Shown here: piece by piece, positions 47,112 to 57,486 of the stretch
Position numbering within the stretch: position 1 is the stretch's first letter
Layout of the letters: each line of letters opens with the position of its first letter
Assembly (NCBI GenBank): GCA_965248535.1
Contig: CBDFJR010000005.1
Location: forward strand, 224,001-288,000
Length of the DNA stretch: 64,000 nt
Reading direction: 5' to 3'
Source: Phormidesmis sp.
Lineage (GTDB): Bacteria; Cyanobacteriota; Cyanobacteriia; Leptolyngbyales; Leptolyngbyaceae
Translations under genes and position numbers: made by a program
Notes under the pieces: model-generated
Told to the model about the DNA's origin: nothing
What the model saw: only the letters and a program-made list of their open reading frames with translations
Database searches by the model: none

Positions 47112-48407
47112 ATGAACATTGCTGTCGTGGGGCTTAGTCATAAAACAGCCCCGGTTGAGGTTCGTGAGAAACTGAGTATTCCTGAACCTGTTTATGACAA
47201 AGCGATCGCTGAGTTGTGCAGCTATCCTCACTTAGAAGAGGTCGCCGTTCTCAGCACCTGCAACCGCCTAGAAATTTATATCGTCACGACCGAGACTGAA
47301 CAGGGCATTCGCGAGGTGATTCAGTTTCTCTCAGAGCACAGCAAGCTGCCCGCAATCTATTTGCGTCAATATCTCTTCACGCTGCTGCACCAAGATGCAG
47401 TCATGCACTTGATGCGGGTTTCGTCAGGGTTAGATAGTCTGGTGTTGGGCGAAGGACAAATTTTGGCCCAGGTGAAGCAGTGTCACAAACTGGGGCAACA
47501 GCATAACGGGGTTGGGCGAATTCTCAATCAACTCTTTAAGCAGGGCATCACCGCCGGAAAACGAGTTCGCACCGAAACCAGTATCGGCACTGGGGCGGTT
47601 TCGATTAGCTCGGCGGCCGTCGAGTTGGCGCAAATCAAAGCCCAAAATCTAGCGGCCTGTCGAGTCCTCATTCTCGGTGCAGGCAAGATGTCTCGGCTGC
47701 TGGTTCAGCATTTGCTGTCTAAGGGTGCTACGCACATCACGATTTTAAACCGCACGATCGAGCGTGCCAATGAGCTAGCCAAACTGTTTCCTGATGCGCT
47801 GCTGCACCTCGGTTTGATGACGGAGATGATGCCCACGATCGCTGACTCGGATATTATTTTCACCAGCACGTCTGCAACCGAGCCAATTCTCGACGGTGCC
47901 AAGCTAGAGATGGTGTTGCAGCCTAACCAGCATTTGATGATTTTTGATATTGCCGTTCCGCGCAACGTGGATGCAAACGTAAACGCGTTATCCCACGTCC
48001 AAGCGTTTAACGTAGATGACTTAAAAGCCGTCGTCGCCCAAAATCAAGAGAGCCGTCGTCAAATGGCCATGGAAGCTGAATTGCTGCTCGACGAAGAAAT
48101 TGACTCGTTTGATCTGTGGCTGCGATCGCTCGAAACCGTCTCGACTATCAGTAGTTTGCGCGATAAAGTAGAAACCATCCGTGCTCAAGAATTAGAAAAA
48201 GCGCTGTCGAGATTGGGCAACGAGTTTGGCGATCGCCACAAAGAAATCATCGAAGCGCTGACTCGCGGCATTGTCAACAAAATTTTGCACGACCCAATGG
48301 TGCAGTTGAGGGCGCAGCAAGATATTGAAGTCCGGCGGCAAGCGATGCAGACGTTAACTGTGTTGTTTAATCTAGAGACCCCCAACAATCAGCAGGCGAG
48401 GGTTTAG
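47112..48407 (+). CDS. hemA: Glutamyl-tRNA reductase
   Basis: [41 protein letters not shown] and DIAVPRN. Confidence 0.97.
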   Translation: MNIAVVGLSHKTAPVEVREKLSIPEPVYDKAIAELCSYPHLEEVAVLSTCNRLEIYIVTTETEQGIREVIQFLSEHSKLPAIYLRQYLFTLLHQDAVMHLMRVSSGLDSLVLGEGQILAQVKQCHKLGQQHNGVGRILNQLFKQGITAGKRVRTETSIGTGAVSISSAAVELAQIKAQNLAACRVLILGAGKMSRLLVQHLLSKGATHITILNRTIERANELAKLFPDALLHLGLMTEMMPTIADSDIIFTSTSATEPILDGAKLEMVLQPNQHLMIFDIAVPRNVDANVNALSHVQAFNVDDLKAVVAQNQESRRQMAMEAELLLDEEIDSFDLWLRSLETVSTISSLRDKVETIRAQELEKALSRLGNEFGDRHKEIIEALTRGIVNKILHDPMVQLRAQQDIEVRRQAMQTLTVLFNLETPNNQQARV

Positions 48408-48446
48408 GAAAACATTAGATTGTATCCCTGAGTTTGACAGATTTTC

Positions 48447-48466
48447 GTAAGGGCACTGCCATGCTC
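48447..48466. repeat. Degenerate REP-like palindrome
   Basis: GTAAGGGCACTGCCATGCTC, an internally deleted version of the 35250 copy. Confidence 0.5.
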
Positions 48467-48486
48467 TGACCAACGATTACTTAACG

Positions 48487-51360
48487 ATGTGGAATCAAGC
48501 CTTTAAGTCAGTCGTTCTCTTATTGGGATTGTGGTTTGGGTTTGATTTGCTGTCTCATTTGATAGCAGAGAGCCTGTGGTTTCAAGAAGTGGGTTATCTG
48601 AGGGTGTTTTGGCTGCGGCTGGGCACTCAGGCAGCGATCGGGACGATCGTTACCCTTGGTTCAGCGTGGTTTCTGCTCGGCAATCTGGCTCAAGCCGATC
48701 GCCTTAAGCCCGCACAACCTGCAACCAATCACCCAGCAAACGCTCTCCCCTGGCTGATTCCGCTCACCTTTTCTCTCAGTTTGCTGCTGGGAGTTTTGCT
48801 GTTGCACTATGGGCAAACCGCCGCGAGTTTTTGGCAGATTAACTGGACGCTGCCTGATCTTTCTCCTGTCTCACCGAGGCAATTTCGATTAGATACGATC
48901 GCCGAAATTCTGTCCCAACTGTTTGCCCTAATCAGACAGGGTTGGATCGCCTCATTAGAACTCGTTGCCCTAGCTGGATTCGCGATCGCGCTCCTGATCT
49001 ACCCCCGATTTTTGTTAACCGCGATCGCTATCCTCTTCAGCTTGGGGTTGGGGTTTAGTTTGTCGCACCATTGGGGCAAGGTGTTGCAGGCAATCCACAG
49101 CACGTCATTTAATCAAACTGAGCCACTCTTTAATCGAGATGTGGGCGATTATGTGTTCTTTTTGCCGATCGCCGAACTGGTGCAATATTGGCTGACGGGA
49201 TTGTTGATTTATGGATTAGTCGCGGTTTGTTTAATCTATCTGCTAGCAGGCAACAGTTTAAGCGAAGGCACCTTTTCAGGGTTTTCGCAGCAACAACAGC
49301 GTCACTTATCGGGGTTAGGCGGCTGTTTGATGCTAGCGATCGCCCTCAGTTATTGGATCAGTCGCTACGAATTGTTCTACTCGACTCACGGTGTTGCTTA
49401 TGGCGCAAGCTATACAGACGTTGGGGTGCGGTTGCCTGCCTATACTGCATTGAGTGTTGCCGCAGTTGCAATTGCGGGCTATTTGTTCTATCGCGCTTGC
49501 ATTAACTCAAAAGTCCAAATTCTGAATTCTAAATTGTTCTATGGACTGATTAGTTATGGATTGGTGGCCGCGATCGTGACTCCATTGTTGTCGATAGCAG
49601 TCCAGCGGTTTGCCGTGCAGCCCAACGAGTTAGCCAAAGAACGCCCCTATATCGAGCGCAGCATTGCCAAAACTAGAGAAGCGTTTAACCTGACGGCGAT
49701 CGAGACTCAAACGTTCAATCCCCAAAACGATCTGACCTTAGAAGCACTGCAACAAAATGCGCTAACCATTCGCAACATTCGCCTGTGGGATACTCGCCCA
49801 TTGCTGCAAACTAATCGGCAGCTTCAGCAAATTCGACCTTATTACACGTTTTTTGATGCCGACATCGATCGCTACACGCTGCTCAGTGAACAATCAACGC
49901 GGGAGACTGAAAAACAGCAAGTTCTCATTGCCGCTCGTGAATTAGATTACAACACTGTTCCCCCCGATGCTAAAACGTGGATCAACGAGCATCTCACCTA
50001 CACCCACGGCTACGGGTTTACCCTCAGTCCGGTCAATCGCGTGGCACCGGGCGGGCTGCCGGATTATTTTGTGCGTGATATTGGCGTAGATGCCCCCAAT
50101 CAAGGCAATGGCAACTTGCGGCTTTCGAGTCAACAGATTCGGGACAGCATTCCGATCGAGAATCCGCGTCTCTACTACGGTGAAAGCGCCAACACTCACG
50201 TCATGACGGCGACCAAGGTGCCAGAGTTTGATTACCCAAGCGGCAATGAAAACGCCTACAACACTTACGATGGGCGAGGCGGCATTAATATTGCAGCTTT
50301 TTGGCGACGCTTGTTGTTTGCCAACTATCTCGGCGATTGGCAAATGCTCTTGACAAGCGATTTCACTGAGCAAACAAAGCTATTGTTCCGTCGCAACATT
50401 AACGAACGCATTCGGGCGATCGCTCCTTTTCTGCGCTATGACCAAGATCCCTATCTCGTTGTTGCAGACGTTAAAGCTAATCAGGGAGCCACTCCCAGCC
50501 ATTTGTTTTGGATTGTTGATGCGTATACTACCAGCGATCGCTATCCCTATTCCGATCCAGGTTCCTTGGGTTTTAACTACATTCGCAACTCCGTCAAAGT
50601 TGTGATCGATGCCTACAACGGTTCAGTTAAGTTCTATGTGTCAGATGCCAGTGATCCGATTATTCAATCGTGGACGGCGATCTTTCCGAGTTTGTTTAGC
50701 CCGATCGCCACATTGCCGTCTTCGTTGCGGAATCATATTCGCTATCCCATCGATCTGTTTAACAGTCAGGCAGAACGGCTGATCGCCTATCACATGACCG
50801 ATCCGCAGGTTTTTTATAACCGTGAAGATCAGTGGCAAGTGCCCAATGAAATTTATGGCAACAAAACCCAACCTGTTGAACCCTATTATTTAATTACCAA
50901 ACTCCCGACGGCGGCGAGTGAAGAGTTTATTTTGCTGTTGCCCTACACGCCCAATCAGCGCACCAATTTGATTGCTTGGCTAGCCGCCCGATCGGATGGT
51001 GAAAACTACGGCAAACTGTTGCTCTACACATTTCCAAAACAAGAATTGGTTTTTGGCACCGAGCAAATTGAAGCTCGAATCAATCAAGATCCGGTGATCT
51101 CCCAGCAAATTTCGCTCTGGAACCGAGCCGGATCACGCGCTATTCAAGGCAATTTGTTGGTGATTCCGATTCAAAAATCTCTCCTCTATGTCGAGCCGCT
51201 TTATCTCGAAGCGGAGCAAAACAGCCTGCCAACACTAGTGCGCGTGATTGTTGCCTACGAAAACCGCATCGCGATGGCAGCAACCCTTGATGAAGCACTA
51301 CGAGCAATTTTTCAGCCTACGCCGACGAAAACACCCGCGATCGTGCGTCCGGTTAGATGA
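48487..51360 (+). CDS. UPF0182 family membrane protein
   Basis: LWFQEVGY, multi-TM N-terminal half, [20 protein letters not shown] and LLYVEPLY. Confidence 0.93.
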   Translation: MWNQAFKSVVLLLGLWFGFDLLSHLIAESLWFQEVGYLRVFWLRLGTQAAIGTIVTLGSAWFLLGNLAQADRLKPAQPATNHPANALPWLIPLTFSLSLLLGVLLLHYGQTAASFWQINWTLPDLSPVSPRQFRLDTIAEILSQLFALIRQGWIASLELVALAGFAIALLIYPRFLLTAIAILFSLGLGFSLSHHWGKVLQAIHSTSFNQTEPLFNRDVGDYVFFLPIAELVQYWLTGLLIYGLVAVCLIYLLAGNSLSEGTFSGFSQQQQRHLSGLGGCLMLAIALSYWISRYELFYSTHGVAYGASYTDVGVRLPAYTALSVAAVAIAGYLFYRACINSKVQILNSKLFYGLISYGLVAAIVTPLLSIAVQRFAVQPNELAKERPYIERSIAKTREAFNLTAIETQTFNPQNDLTLEALQQNALTIRNIRLWDTRPLLQTNRQLQQIRPYYTFFDADIDRYTLLSEQSTRETEKQQVLIAARELDYNTVPPDAKTWINEHLTYTHGYGFTLSPVNRVAPGGLPDYFVRDIGVDAPNQGNGNLRLSSQQIRDSIPIENPRLYYGESANTHVMTATKVPEFDYPSGNENAYNTYDGRGGINIAAFWRRLLFANYLGDWQMLLTSDFTEQTKLLFRRNINERIRAIAPFLRYDQDPYLVVADVKANQGATPSHLFWIVDAYTTSDRYPYSDPGSLGFNYIRNSVKVVIDAYNGSVKFYVSDASDPIIQSWTAIFPSLFSPIATLPSSLRNHIRYPIDLFNSQAERLIAYHMTDPQVFYNREDQWQVPNEIYGNKTQPVEPYYLITKLPTAASEEFILLLPYTPNQRTNLIAWLAARSDGENYGKLLLYTFPKQELVFGTEQIEARINQDPVISQQISLWNRAGSRAIQGNLLVIPIQKSLLYVEPLYLEAEQNSLPTLVRVIVAYENRIAMAATLDEALRAIFQPTPTKTPAIVRPVR

Positions 51361-51371
51361 GCAAAAACGAT

Positions 51372-51566
51372 CTACTCAGCATTTAACCCATCGTCTATCA
51401 CAATATCCCACGCGGATATTTCTTCTTGAAACTCTGGATCGCTAGTCTGCTCTTTATAAGCGTCTTCCAGTTCTTTCATAAAGACTTTTTGCTTCTCTTG
51501 AAATAGAATGCTGATTTGCCATTGAATAGCTAAGTTGAGCCACCGTAGTCCATTTCTAATTCTCAT
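51372..51566 (-). CDS. Antitoxin-like small protein or remnant (start uncertain)
   Basis: C-terminus LEDAYKEQTSDPEFQEEISAWDIVIDDGL resembles antitoxins of MazF/PemK pairs; AT-rich; no toxin follows. Confidence 0.5.
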   Translation of the reverse strand: MRIRNGLRWLNLAIQWQISILFQEKQKVFMKELEDAYKEQTSDPEFQEEISAWDIVIDDGLNAE

Positions 51567-52868
51567 AGTTCGTATGGATGCTGCTTTCGTGCATTGGTGA
51601 AGTCTTCAGAAGGTTGATTTGAAACTCCCCAAATTCCTGCCAGCAACACCCACCCGATCGTATTAATGCGCGCATCGAACAATGTAATATCCAAAAAGCT
51701 GAACAACGCACAGGCAGAGAAGGCCATCAGAAACGTGAAATAGATCAAACGATCGTCACCCATATCCCTCAGCGCCAACACGCCCTGAGCCATCACCCAA
51801 CCCACTAAGCCATACAACAACAAAGCTGCCGGAATGCCCGCTTCGGCCGACATCATCAGCAACAGATTGTGTGGATGCCCCAGCCAATAGTGCATTTGAG
51901 CATCATAGAGGGGCGTAAAGTTTCGCAAGCCCCAACCCGTGAGCGGCCGCTGTTGCGCCAGTGACCAAGCAAACTTCCACTGCGTCGATCGCAGTTGAGC
52001 TAAAGGACGATCGCTATACATCTGGTCATTTAGCCTTGCCCAAAAAAACGCTGGCACCACTAGCCGAAACCAAGCCTGAAACGGGAGCGGTGCAAACGCT
52101 GCGCCTAACATCACTCCGGCAATAGCAGCAACTATGCCCACAATCCAGCGCCAGCCTTGATAGAGCGCAAAGGCAAGACAGGCTAACAGCGCGATCGCCC
52201 AAGCATTCCGAGAGTTGGTGAGAATCAGGGCGATCGCGTCGAGCACCACAACGCTGCCTAAAAAATACCAGTGCCGCGTTTGTTTGGCAGACTCAACCCA
52301 CAGTCCCTAGCCCTAGCCCAAATACCCCCACAAAATAACTCGCTAACACATTGGCGTAGGTAAACACCGATGCCATGCGTCCGGGTGGGTTGCCCGTGGG
52401 CGCGATCGTCCACTCAATCAAGCCCCACAGCAGCGAAGGATGTCCGCCCCAGCTTAAATAAAGTTGACCTAAACCAATCAGCGTCACCGGAATCGATGTG
52501 AGCACCAAAATCCAGGCGATGCGTCGCAGTTGAGCCGCCGTCTGAATCAACAACCCCAAAGCCGGAAAGACAATAAAAAAGGGCAGAAAATTGAACAATC
52601 CTAAAAACGCATTCTCGCGGTTGAAGGCAAAGAAAGCGGTGACCACTAGCCAAACGCCCAGCAGCAAAAATCCGCGATTGAGCGGCTGACGAATTAAAAA
52701 TTTGGCTCGTCGTCTCCAAATGTCGAGCGACGTGACCAGGAGCGCGACGCAGCCCAAAAACGCACTAAAAGGCAGCAGAACTAATCCAATTTGAATCACA
52801 TTCCAGTGCCGTTGCAGTGCCCGATCGGGATGAGCCTGAAGCCGAATCGCGTTCAAAATCGTGTTCAA
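51563..52868 (-). pseudogene. O-antigen ligase/IctB-like membrane protein split by a +1 frameshift (true pseudogene or sequencing error)
   Basis: Removing one base from CCC at 52305-52307 fuses both ORFs (...GLGL-GLWVESAKQTRHWYFLGSVV-VLDAIAL). Motifs LTNSRNAW, GWGLRNF and HPHNLLL. Confidence 0.85.
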
Positions 52869-53707
52869 ATCGCCTCAAAGCACTCCGATCGCGTCAGCCG
52901 AATCTGCGCCAACGCAAACACAGTAGGAATGACTCGCCCGTAATTGGTGGAAATCGATCGCCAGCCCAAATCTGCTAAAAACCACGCCCACATCGCCGAA
53001 CCTGCCACTGCAAACACGGTTCGAGCCGCGCCATATCTCGCCGCGCTCACCGCCATCCCATGCCGCGCCATTCGCATCGACACATAGTTTTGAAACTGAC
53101 TGGCCGCCGCGATTCCCCCATGAGCGAGGGTTTCTTTAGCGACTTGATAGCTGGCAAAGTGCAGCGCAAACTGACGGGCAACGTGCTGCAACAGCATCGG
53201 GCGCACCAGAGAACTAATGGCGATCGCGCCACTGCCCTTGAGAATCAACTTGAGCGGATCGTTTTGCACCGAGAGCGGCAATTGACTGGCCAAACTAGAC
53301 TGCACGAGCGAATGCTGTACCCGTCGCGTTAATGCCGTCTTTTCTAGAGCGGGCATTTGTTTCCAAGCGCGATTGAGCACGCTGAGAAAGATTTCGGCCT
53401 CTAGGTCGGTCGTAGACATCGAGCCAGCATAGGGCAGCTTAAGGTAACGACAAACCTGAATCAAAACCTGACGATAGCTGACCTGACCCGTTTGACGACG
53501 CAGCACGGTCACCCCATCGGCCGCTAAATAGCGAAAACGCTGGTCGATCGCTTCTAGCCAATCATCGTGATCTTGACTCTGCACCTCGATCGGGTCAGGC
53601 GTGCTGACATAATCTAACGGGTTAAACTTGGGCCGAAACAAGATTTCAGTCAAATCTCTTAACTCATCGTCCGTCGCTAACTCCAACGCGGCCCTCAGTT
53701 CGTCCAC
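52865..53707 (-). CDS. YaaW-like conserved protein
   Basis: GTG start after GGAGGAG (VDELRAALELAT); RFRYLAADG and TNYGRVIP. Confidence 0.8.
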   Translation of the reverse strand: MDELRAALELATDDELRDLTEILFRPKFNPLDYVSTPDPIEVQSQDHDDWLEAIDQRFRYLAADGVTVLRRQTGQVSYRQVLIQVCRYLKLPYAGSMSTTDLEAEIFLSVLNRAWKQMPALEKTALTRRVQHSLVQSSLASQLPLSVQNDPLKLILKGSGAIAISSLVRPMLLQHVARQFALHFASYQVAKETLAHGGIAAASQFQNYVSMRMARHGMAVSAARYGAARTVFAVAGSAMWAWFLADLGWRSISTNYGRVIPTVFALAQIRLTRSECFEAI

Positions 53708-53821
53708 TCGTTGACTCCTCCAGTGCAGAGTGATGGCAATCCTCCACATTCTACACAAGGGCAAGGGGGAGAATTGCGTTATAAATTATTTTGGGGCTAG
53801 GAATTTTAGAACGCTTATAGA

Positions 53822-54898
53822 ATGGCTGATTCTCATTTTGATATTGCGGTCATTGGTGCGGGAGTGGCAGGTCTAACCTGTGCCCAACAGCTTCAACAGG
53901 CTGGCTATCGGGTGGTTGTGGTTGAAAAATCGCGGGGACTGGGTGGACGGTTGGCGACTCGACGCTTGCAGGGCACCCATGCTGATCACGGTGTGTGCTA
54001 TTTGAAGCCCAAAGACGATCGCTTCCAAACTCTGATCGAAACTCTGCGGGAGCGATCGCTGCTGCAAATCTGGACTGACACAATTCATGAACTTGACGCA
54101 GAGGAGCACCTGATTGCGCCCCCTGATCCGGCTCCTCGCTATGCGTCTCCTAGCGGGATCTCAGCGATCGCTAAATTCCTCGCGACTGAACTCACGCTCC
54201 GGCTCAATCAGCGAGTCGAAACGATTCGTCAAACTGACCAGGGCTGGCAATTGCAGTTCGAGTCTGATTCTCTCAATCTGGCTGATCAAGCTGGCGTGAC
54301 TGCATCGGCTGTGATTGTCGCGATCCCGGCTCCGCAAGCGCTGACGTTGTTAGAATCTGTGGCAGATGAACCCCTTTTAACGTCTCTGCGATCGCTTCAA
54401 TTTGCACCTTGCATCAGCGCGATCGCGGTCTATTCAGCAGAGAAAAATCAGCCAGCCGTGCCCTGGAGAGGGGTAACTTGTGCCCATGATCCCACGATCG
54501 CTTGGGTCGGCTTAGACAGCAGTAAGCAAAACTCCCCATCGCAGCCTGTGGTTGTCGTTCAAAGCACAGCGGCCTTTGCCAATCTGCATTTAGAAACCAA
54601 TGACTTACCTCTGGTTGGACAAACGCTTTTAGATAGAGCCGCCGACTTGTTAGCATCCTGGCTGAGTTCGCCCGAAACGCTGCAAGTTCATCGCTGGCGC
54701 TATGCCTTTCCGATCAATCCACTAGCTGAGAAATTTTTGTGTGCTAACACCCGATCGCCGCTGCTCTTAACCGGAGATTGGTGTGGCGGCAACCGAGTTG
54801 AAAGCGCATTTTTGGCAGGGTTGGCAACCTCGGCACAGATCAATGAGTGCCTGCGAGGGCGATCGCTGCCAGAAAAATTTTGGGACGCGATCGTCTAA
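53822..54898 (+). CDS. Renalase-like NAD(P)/FAD-dependent oxidoreductase
   Basis: IGAGVAGL, EKSRGLGGRLATRR, DHG, HRWRYA and GDWC...VESAFLAG. Confidence 0.9.
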   Translation: MADSHFDIAVIGAGVAGLTCAQQLQQAGYRVVVVEKSRGLGGRLATRRLQGTHADHGVCYLKPKDDRFQTLIETLRERSLLQIWTDTIHELDAEEHLIAPPDPAPRYASPSGISAIAKFLATELTLRLNQRVETIRQTDQGWQLQFESDSLNLADQAGVTASAVIVAIPAPQALTLLESVADEPLLTSLRSLQFAPCISAIAVYSAEKNQPAVPWRGVTCAHDPTIAWVGLDSSKQNSPSQPVVVVQSTAAFANLHLETNDLPLVGQTLLDRAADLLASWLSSPETLQVHRWRYAFPINPLAEKFLCANTRSPLLLTGDWCGGNRVESAFLAGLATSAQINECLRGRSLPEKFWDAIV

Positions 54899-55012
54899 AT
54901 TTTAACCATTAAAAGTCCCCAAACCGTGACAGCTTGGGGATCAGCAGAAGAGGGGAACAATCTTGTTGCACGCGCAGCCCTTCCAAATATTGAATGATTT
55001 AGCGCTAAACCC

Positions 55013-55201
55013 CTAAACGTCAGCAGCGCCCTCGTTGCCTCTGCCTGCGCCTTCTTGATCGCCCTCAGCATCATCCATGCGGTTGCTGTCATAGCGTCTT
55101 CCTCTCGTCATTCGCCCTGTGTTGGTGCGTTTGCGAAACTTACGAGCATAGGCCTGGTTGCGAAGAGCTTTTTCTTTCTTTTGGTTGCGGCGTTTAGCCA
55201 T
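55013..55201 (-). CDS. Small highly basic protein
   Basis: 62 aa: MAKRRNQKKEKALRNQAYARKFRKR followed by an acidic tail; AAGGGG RBS upstream. Confidence 0.75.
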   Translation of the reverse strand: MAKRRNQKKEKALRNQAYARKFRKRTNTGRMTRGRRYDSNRMDDAEGDQEGAGRGNEGAADV

Positions 55202-55280
55202 GTTTACCCCTTTGAGACATCTATTAGCGAATGGTGGCAGCGACGATCGTTAGTGTCTGAGAACTCGATTTAGCTCTCAG

Positions 55281-55307
55281 AAAAAAGAGTTAGAGAATCA
55301 CTCTAAC
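55281..55307 (-). terminator. Candidate intrinsic terminator after the tRNA nucleotidyltransferase gene
   Basis: Minus strand reads GTTAGAG-TGATT-CTCTAAC-TCTTTTTT. Confidence 0.6.
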
Positions 55308-55376
55308 ATAACCTGGAGAGCCACTCAGGCTACAGGCCATCTCAGAATCACAAATTCTCCTCAGCAAACAATCCTA

Positions 55377-56711
55377 TCATTCAGCCGCCTTCTGATTCAA
55401 CAAATCTGCTGCTAACGTCAGGGCCTCTTCACGATCTTTAACCCTTCCTTCGGCCCGCGCTAGTTGCAGCGCCGCCAGCAGCTTGCCAATCAGCGGCCCG
55501 GCAGAAAGCTTGAGGGCAGTCATCAAGTCTTGCCCGCTCAAGAGCGGCACGGGATGAGCCACCGGATCGTCAGCATCTAAGAATCGGGTGATGAGGATGG
55601 CGATCGCTTCCAAAGGCGTTCCGGCGGCAATCGCTAAAATTGCCAACGCCGGGAACGTTGCGCCCACCTCTCGGAAAAAGAAATATTGCTCGGCTAACGT
55701 CCATTCACAGAGCGGCTTACACCCCAATCCGGGTAACCCTCTGAGCGCCGTGCTGACCGCCTGAATCTCAGCCCGACTATATTTTAAGCGCCATAGCTGC
55801 GTCTCTGCCAGTTGCGGGTCGGCGGCCAATAGGCTAGCTAACTTAGCGATCGTCAGCCAGGTGCGGGCCGAGCCAGAGGCTTTCGATTCAGGCGGCTTTG
55901 AAGGGGAGTGCGATCCACTGCGAATCGGGCGAAACAACTCGGTGGCAAACTCAGCCCAGGTTTCTTGAAAGACTACGGTAGTTTGGTCGATGCCCAGCAG
56001 TCTAGTCAAGCTTTGGGCATCAGCACTAGGGAACCAATCTTGCAGCAGCCCATCTTGCCAAGCGGCCGTGAGCCAAACGGTGCCCCGATCGCTGCTCAAC
56101 AAATAATTCAACTCAGACTGCACTCGCTCGGCCGCGATCTGCCGCAGCTTAGGAGCCAACTGCCTAATCACCCGCTGAGTTTCGGGTTCTAAAGCAAACC
56201 CTAGCTGGGCAGCCTGTCGATAAGCCCGCAGCAGTCGCAACGGGTCTTCGGCAAGATTTTCGGCACACACCATTCGCAGCAGCCCGCGTTTGAGATCGGC
56301 GTGACCTTGCAGTGGGTCGAGCAGTTGAGCCGTGTGGGGGTTATAAGCGATCGCATTCACCGTGAAGTCGCGTCGCCGCAGATCGGCATCTAAACTAGAG
56401 CCAACCTGCTGGGCAAAATCTGCCGTCCCCTGCTCAAACACAACTCTGGCGATCTGGCGATCGGCATCCAACAAAACAAACCCAGCCCGATAGTGACGGG
56501 CGATCGCTTGAGCCGTCTCAACGGCCCCCGTCGGCAAGACAAAATCTAAATCGAGATAGTCAGACGGGCGATCGAGCAGCGCATCGCGAACGGTTCCTCC
56601 CACGAGACAGGCAGAGGGCGGCAGCCAAGTGAGGCTAAAGGGCCAAGTTTCGGGCGACAGGGCAGAAGAGGCAACCAAAACGTCTTGCCAACAATCTAAA
56701 CGGTGATTCAA
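55377..56711 (-). CDS. cca: Class II tRNA nucleotidyltransferase, probably the CC-adding type
   Basis: LVGGTVRDALL, DLDF, RRDFTVNA and EDPLRLLR; short segment before RRD; no CBS domains. Confidence 0.88.
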   Translation of the reverse strand: MNHRLDCWQDVLVASSALSPETWPFSLTWLPPSACLVGGTVRDALLDRPSDYLDLDFVLPTGAVETAQAIARHYRAGFVLLDADRQIARVVFEQGTADFAQQVGSSLDADLRRRDFTVNAIAYNPHTAQLLDPLQGHADLKRGLLRMVCAENLAEDPLRLLRAYRQAAQLGFALEPETQRVIRQLAPKLRQIAAERVQSELNYLLSSDRGTVWLTAAWQDGLLQDWFPSADAQSLTRLLGIDQTTVVFQETWAEFATELFRPIRSGSHSPSKPPESKASGSARTWLTIAKLASLLAADPQLAETQLWRLKYSRAEIQAVSTALRGLPGLGCKPLCEWTLAEQYFFFREVGATFPALAILAIAAGTPLEAIAILITRFLDADDPVAHPVPLLSGQDLMTALKLSAGPLIGKLLAALQLARAEGRVKDREEALTLAADLLNQKAAE

Positions 56712-57110
56712 TTCAAACTCATCCCAACCAGGTGAATGCTTGCGAAACGACGATGATAAGACCCCGGCTAGACGGCAACACGCCTTTATTCGCAGGGTTA
56801 TCTCTACTATTCAGTATGACGATTTCCGCTCAGGAAATGCTGAAGGTGTAGCAGAAGAAAGCGACTTTTAGGGGCGATCGCTGAGCTAAGCTCACGGCAG
56901 ACGGCAGCTTGAAATCAGCAACGTAAATCAACCTGAGTGCTCGTGATCAATTCGTTCGCCTGAGCTAGAGTAGCAGAAAAGCATCTCGATTCCTGATCCG
57001 TTTCTGACGGTCAGAAGGGTGCTCTGGGTCTGAGATCATCCGAGGCAACGTTTCCGTTCAGCAGATGATCTGAATCTACTCATTGATTTAGCGATGCCGA
57101 GGCGACCACT

Positions 57111-57359
57111 ATGTGTATTTGCGTCAATTGTCACTATGTAGACCGCTGCACCACCTATCACGCGGTCGAAGAGCAGCACGAGCAGGTTCACCTGACCGAA
57201 ACGCCAGATTTTGAGGCCACTGAGCCAACGATCAACGTCAACATTCGCGATCGCTCTGACTATATCGAGATGGAGTGGGATGTCGTGGGCTGTTTGAGCT
57301 TTCAAAAAGAACCTGGAAAATGGGCAAAAATGCGCCCCGGAGAACTCGTTCCGACCTGA
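57111..57359 (+). CDS. ycf34: Ycf34 iron-sulfur protein
   Basis: MCICVNCHYVDRCTTYHAVE...EWDVVGC...GKW. Confidence 0.93.
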   Translation: MCICVNCHYVDRCTTYHAVEEQHEQVHLTETPDFEATEPTINVNIRDRSDYIEMEWDVVGCLSFQKEPGKWAKMRPGELVPT

Positions 57360-57486
57360 CGATCGGGCGGGTTATTGGACGTAATGATACAAATCTTTAA
57401 TAAAGAAACGTAATTCAGTCTCAGATCTGGGGAACAGTAGGGCAAAAATTGACAACCTATCCCCTACGCAATTTAGCTGAGACTTT

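Noticed and set aside
56990..57045. TPP riboswitch (CCTGAT, GGGTGC and CTGAGA words present)
   Set aside because: The motifs are in the wrong order, the TAAT loop and GCG-AGGGA elements are missing, and no thiamine gene is adjacent.
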